From contig OZ254086.1 of the NCBI GenBank assembly GCA_965267575.1, positions 3,296,001-3,360,000 of the forward strand: DNA of 64,000 nucleotides. The letters are read 5' to 3'. The notes beneath the pieces were generated by a model. It was not told the origin of the DNA. It was given only the letters and a program-made list of their open reading frames with translations, and made no database searches. The position numbers were made by a program, and so were the translations under genes. How positions within the stretch are numbered: position 1 is the first letter of the stretch; each line of letters starts with the position of its first letter. Shown one piece after another: positions 60,849 through 64,000 of the stretch. The DNA comes from Calditrichales bacterium (lineage in GTDB: Bacteria; Calditrichota; Calditrichia; Calditrichales; J004).

Positions 60849-61208
60849 ATGCGCATTCTATTTGCTGATGATGATCCGAACTTTCAACGCATGGTGGAAC
60901 TCTATCTGCGCGATACTGAAGTTGAAATCGATTTTGCCCGTGACGGCCGCCAGGCTTTAATGGAGCTGCAGAACAACGAGTATGATATTCTTTTTACAGA
61001 CCTGCAGATGCCGCAAATGAGCGGACTTGAGCTGATTAAAGCCCTTGAAGAAAGGACAATGCCAGTTATTGTTATTTCCGCGTTTGGCCAGGAAAATCAG
61101 GCGCGCAAGGCGATAGACAATGGTGCGGACGACGTCCTGAGCAAACCGTTCACATCGGCGCAACTAAAAGAGATGATCAAAAAACACGGCAATCCCCGCC
61201 AGAGCTGA
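60849..61208 (+). CDS. Single-domain response regulator (CheY-like)
   Basis: ADDD, TDLQMPQMSG, ISAF, SKPF. Confidence 0.92.
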   Translation: MRILFADDDPNFQRMVELYLRDTEVEIDFARDGRQALMELQNNEYDILFTDLQMPQMSGLELIKALEERTMPVIVISAFGQENQARKAIDNGADDVLSKPFTSAQLKEMIKKHGNPRQS

Positions 61209-61240
61209 AAACGAAAAAATAAAATGGATTTGGAGGCAGC

Positions 61241-62440
61241 ATGGGTAAGCATACACAATTCGACAAGCTGAAATTTCCCACATTGTGCGTGCATGGTTCA
61301 GGCGGGGTCGATCCGGCGACTGGCGCTGTGGGCATCCCCATTTATCAATCATCAACATTTGCTTTTGAGAACGCCAAGGCCGGCGCCGATATTTTTTCCG
61401 GTGAGCGTCAGGGTTATGTTTACACACGCATAGGCAATCCAACGCAAGAAGCCTTTGAGAGGGAGATGGCCTTTCTTGAAGGAGCTGAGGCCGCCCTGGC
61501 TTTCGGATCGGGCATGGCCGCCATTTCCAGCGTTATTCTGTCCCTGTGTCAATGTGGTGATAACTTTGTTTGCTCGGACACGCTATACGGTGGCACGCAC
61601 GAACTGTTTATGCACACTTTGCCGCGGCTTAATATCGAGGCACGCGAAGTTGATGGTACAAAAATTGAAAATATAGCGGCGGCAATAGACAAGAAAACAC
61701 GCCTGCTTTACATTGAATCGCCTGCGAACCCGACCATGACGATTATCGACATCGAGCAGTGCGTGGCCCTTGCCAGAAAGCACGGTATTCCGGTTGTCGT
61801 TGACAACACCTTTTCTACTCCTTTTTTCCAGCGTCCGCTGCAATTGGGCGCTTCGATCGTTGTGCATTCTGCTACGAAATATATTGGCGGCCACGGCGAT
61901 ACGGTTGCCGGTGTGGCTGTGGGCTATAAGGATTACATTGCTGGGCTGCGCATGGGTGTTCTGAGGGATATGGGTGGTGTGATCAGTCCGTTGAACGCCT
62001 GGCTGCTGGTACGGGGGCTTAAGACACTGGCACTGCGCATGGAGAAGCATCAGGAGAACGCTTTCCAGGTCGCCAAGTACCTTCAATTTCACCCCAAGGT
62101 CAGCAAAGTGTTTTATCCCGGTTTGCGCACACACCCGCAACACGAAATTGCTAAAAAGCAGATGAGCGGTTTTGGCGGAATGATAAGTTTTGAGGTGAAA
62201 GGCGGTCGAAAAGCGGGCGAGAAGTTAATGGACTCGGTTAATCTTTTTACCCTGGCGGTAAGCTTGGGTGATGTGGATTCGCTGATCGAGCATCCGGCTT
62301 CAATGACACATTCAACCTATTCGCCGGAGCAGCTTGCCCGGGTGGGTATTTCGGAAAGCCTTGTCCGTATCTCCGTGGGCATTGAAGATCCTGCTGATTT
62401 GATCGAAGATTTGTCTCAGGCGCTTAATAAAATTAAATAG
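61241..62440 (+). CDS. mgl: Methionine gamma-lyase (Cys/Met metabolism PLP enzyme)
   Basis: [56 protein letters not shown]. Confidence 0.85.
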   Translation: MGKHTQFDKLKFPTLCVHGSGGVDPATGAVGIPIYQSSTFAFENAKAGADIFSGERQGYVYTRIGNPTQEAFEREMAFLEGAEAALAFGSGMAAISSVILSLCQCGDNFVCSDTLYGGTHELFMHTLPRLNIEAREVDGTKIENIAAAIDKKTRLLYIESPANPTMTIIDIEQCVALARKHGIPVVVDNTFSTPFFQRPLQLGASIVVHSATKYIGGHGDTVAGVAVGYKDYIAGLRMGVLRDMGGVISPLNAWLLVRGLKTLALRMEKHQENAFQVAKYLQFHPKVSKVFYPGLRTHPQHEIAKKQMSGFGGMISFEVKGGRKAGEKLMDSVNLFTLAVSLGDVDSLIEHPASMTHSTYSPEQLARVGISESLVRISVGIEDPADLIEDLSQALNKIK

Positions 62441-62457
62441 CTAAGGGAGAAGCGTAT

Positions 62458-63414
62458 ATGCGCATTTTGGTAAGTGGCGGTGCAGGATTTATTGGATCTC
62501 ATTTGTGTGACAAGCTCATTGCCCAGGGGCATGAAGTCATCTGCGTTGATAATTTTTTTACCGGTTCTAAGGAAAATGTCCGCCATTTGATGGAACACTG
62601 GAATTTTGAACTTATTCGTCACGACATTACCGAGCCGATTATGCTGGAAGTGGATCAGATTTACCATTTTGCCTGTCCGGCCTCTCCCGTTCATTACCAG
62701 TTCAATCCGGTGAAAACCATTAAGACCAGCGTGATGGGGACAATCAACATGCTCGGTTTGGCCAAAAGGGTGAAAGCACGGGTTTTGCTGGCCTCCACGT
62801 CGGAAATATATGGCGACCCCAAGATTCATCCGCAGAACGAAGAGTACTGGGGCAACGTGAATCCCATCGGCCTGCGCAGCTGTTATGACGAAGGAAAGCG
62901 CGTGGCGGAAACCCTTATGATGGATTACCACCGTCAAAACAGGGTAGACATAAAGATTATCCGAATTTTCAACACCTACGGGCCGCGCATGGCCTTAAAT
63001 GACGGCCGCGTAGTCAGCAATTTTATTATCCAGGCGCTAAAAGGTGAGGATATTACCGTTTATGGAGATGGCAGCCAGACGCGCAGCTTTCAGTATGTGG
63101 ATGACCTGTTGGACGGTTCAATTAAAATGATGAACATGGAATCGTTTATCGGGCCGGTCAATATCGGCAACCCGCACGAATTTACAATCCGCCAGCTTGC
63201 AGAAAAGATTATTGAAATTATCGGATCAAAGTCTAAGATCGTTTACCGCGACCTGCCCAGTGACGACCCAACGCAAAGACAGCCCGATATCACATTGGCC
63301 AGTGAAAAGCTGGGTTGGAATCCCACAGTTGAATTACACGAAGGCCTTAAAAAAACGATCCCCTATTTCTCCCGGAAGCTTTCTGAACAAGGCATAAAGC
63401 AGAGCGACCAATAA
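62458..63414 (+). CDS. UDP-glucuronate decarboxylase (UDP-xylose synthase)
   Basis: [49 protein letters not shown]. Confidence 0.93.
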   Translation: MRILVSGGAGFIGSHLCDKLIAQGHEVICVDNFFTGSKENVRHLMEHWNFELIRHDITEPIMLEVDQIYHFACPASPVHYQFNPVKTIKTSVMGTINMLGLAKRVKARVLLASTSEIYGDPKIHPQNEEYWGNVNPIGLRSCYDEGKRVAETLMMDYHRQNRVDIKIIRIFNTYGPRMALNDGRVVSNFIIQALKGEDITVYGDGSQTRSFQYVDDLLDGSIKMMNMESFIGPVNIGNPHEFTIRQLAEKIIEIIGSKSKIVYRDLPSDDPTQRQPDITLASEKLGWNPTVELHEGLKKTIPYFSRKLSEQGIKQSDQ

Positions 63415-63424
63415 TACGGCTATA

Positions 63425-63453
63425 TTGAAATCGCGGGCCTTTTTTTGTACATT
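63425..63453 (+). promoter_or_regulatory. Putative sigma-70 promoter
   Basis: TTGAAA-N17-TACATT upstream of yebC. Confidence 0.55.
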
Positions 63454-63484
63454 TTGTGCCTTTTACAGGGAGGAAATCACTTAT

Positions 63485-64000
63485 ATGTCGGGTCATTCCA
63501 AATGGCATTCCATTAAACATAAAAAAGCAAAAGTTGACGCACAACGCGGAAAAATATTTACAAAACTTATAAAAGAAATCACCGTTGCCGCCAGGATGGG
63601 TGGTGGCGACCCTGAAATGAATCCACGCCTGCGTGTGGCCGTAGCAGCTGCCAAAGCCGCTAACATGCCTTCCAAAAATATAGACAATGCCATCAAAAAA
63701 GGTACGGGTGAAATGCCCGGAGTTGTGTATGAGGATATGTCCTATGAAGGATATGGTCCTGCCGGCGTAGCCATTTTTATTGAAGCGGTTACAGATAACA
63801 AAAACAGAACCGTGGCCGACCTCAGGCATTTGCTGGGCAAGTACGGCGGTAATCTGGGTGAAAGCGGCAGTGTGGCCTGGATGTTTGAACGCAAAGGCAT
63901 GATTACGGTACCGCGTAAAAATTACACGGAAGAACAGCTGTTTGAAGTAGCGCTTGAATGCGGTGCAGAAGATATGGAGAGCGAAGAGGAGAGTTATGTT
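63485..64000 (+). CDS. yebC: YebC/PmpR-family protein (3'-truncated; not in ORF track)
   Basis: [35 protein letters not shown]...NPRLR...YEGYGPAG...TDNKNRT. Confidence 0.96.
   Translation, partial: MSGHSKWHSIKHKKAKVDAQRGKIFTKLIKEITVAARMGGGDPEMNPRLRVAVAAAKAANMPSKNIDNAIKKGTGEMPGVVYEDMSYEGYGPAGVAIFIEAVTDNKNRTVADLRHLLGKYGGNLGESGSVAWMFERKGMITVPRKNYTEEQLFEVALECGAEDMESEEESYV

Overview
A gene-dense, mostly plus-strand bacterial chromosomal window. Gene content and protein style suggest the FCB superphylum, probably Calditrichota-like; this is an inference. It is mostly core or housekeeping genes: the infB-DUF503-rbfA-truB-ribF-rpsO-pnp operon, uvrB-purD-cdsA, radC, a carboxyltransferase beta subunit, dcd, a ccmABCDEF cluster, and a long run truA-fsa-htrA-purB-purC-psd-pssA-tatA-gatAB-...-mgl-uxs-yebC. 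It also carries many amino-acid catabolic enzymes. I found no rRNA, tRNA, CRISPR array or mobile element. The most notable signals are: (1) a signalling island at about 37.0-40.8 kb with no flagellar genes in the window, containing an Hpt protein, a FliA/WhiG-type sigma-28 with a sigma-54-type promoter, a REC-histidine kinase, and a 57-aa FlgM-like ORF missing from the ORF track with its own sigma-28-type promoter; (2) a cNMP-binding domain fused to aspartate ammonia-lyase; (3) a signal-peptide protein carrying a BlaI-like winged helix; (4) an outer-membrane barrel plus tandem DUF3179 lipoproteins behind a strong hairpin; (5) an alanine dehydrogenase paralogue with substituted catalytic residues; (6) an FTCD with a zinc-finger-like insertion. 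All calls come from reading motifs by eye; no database searches were run.
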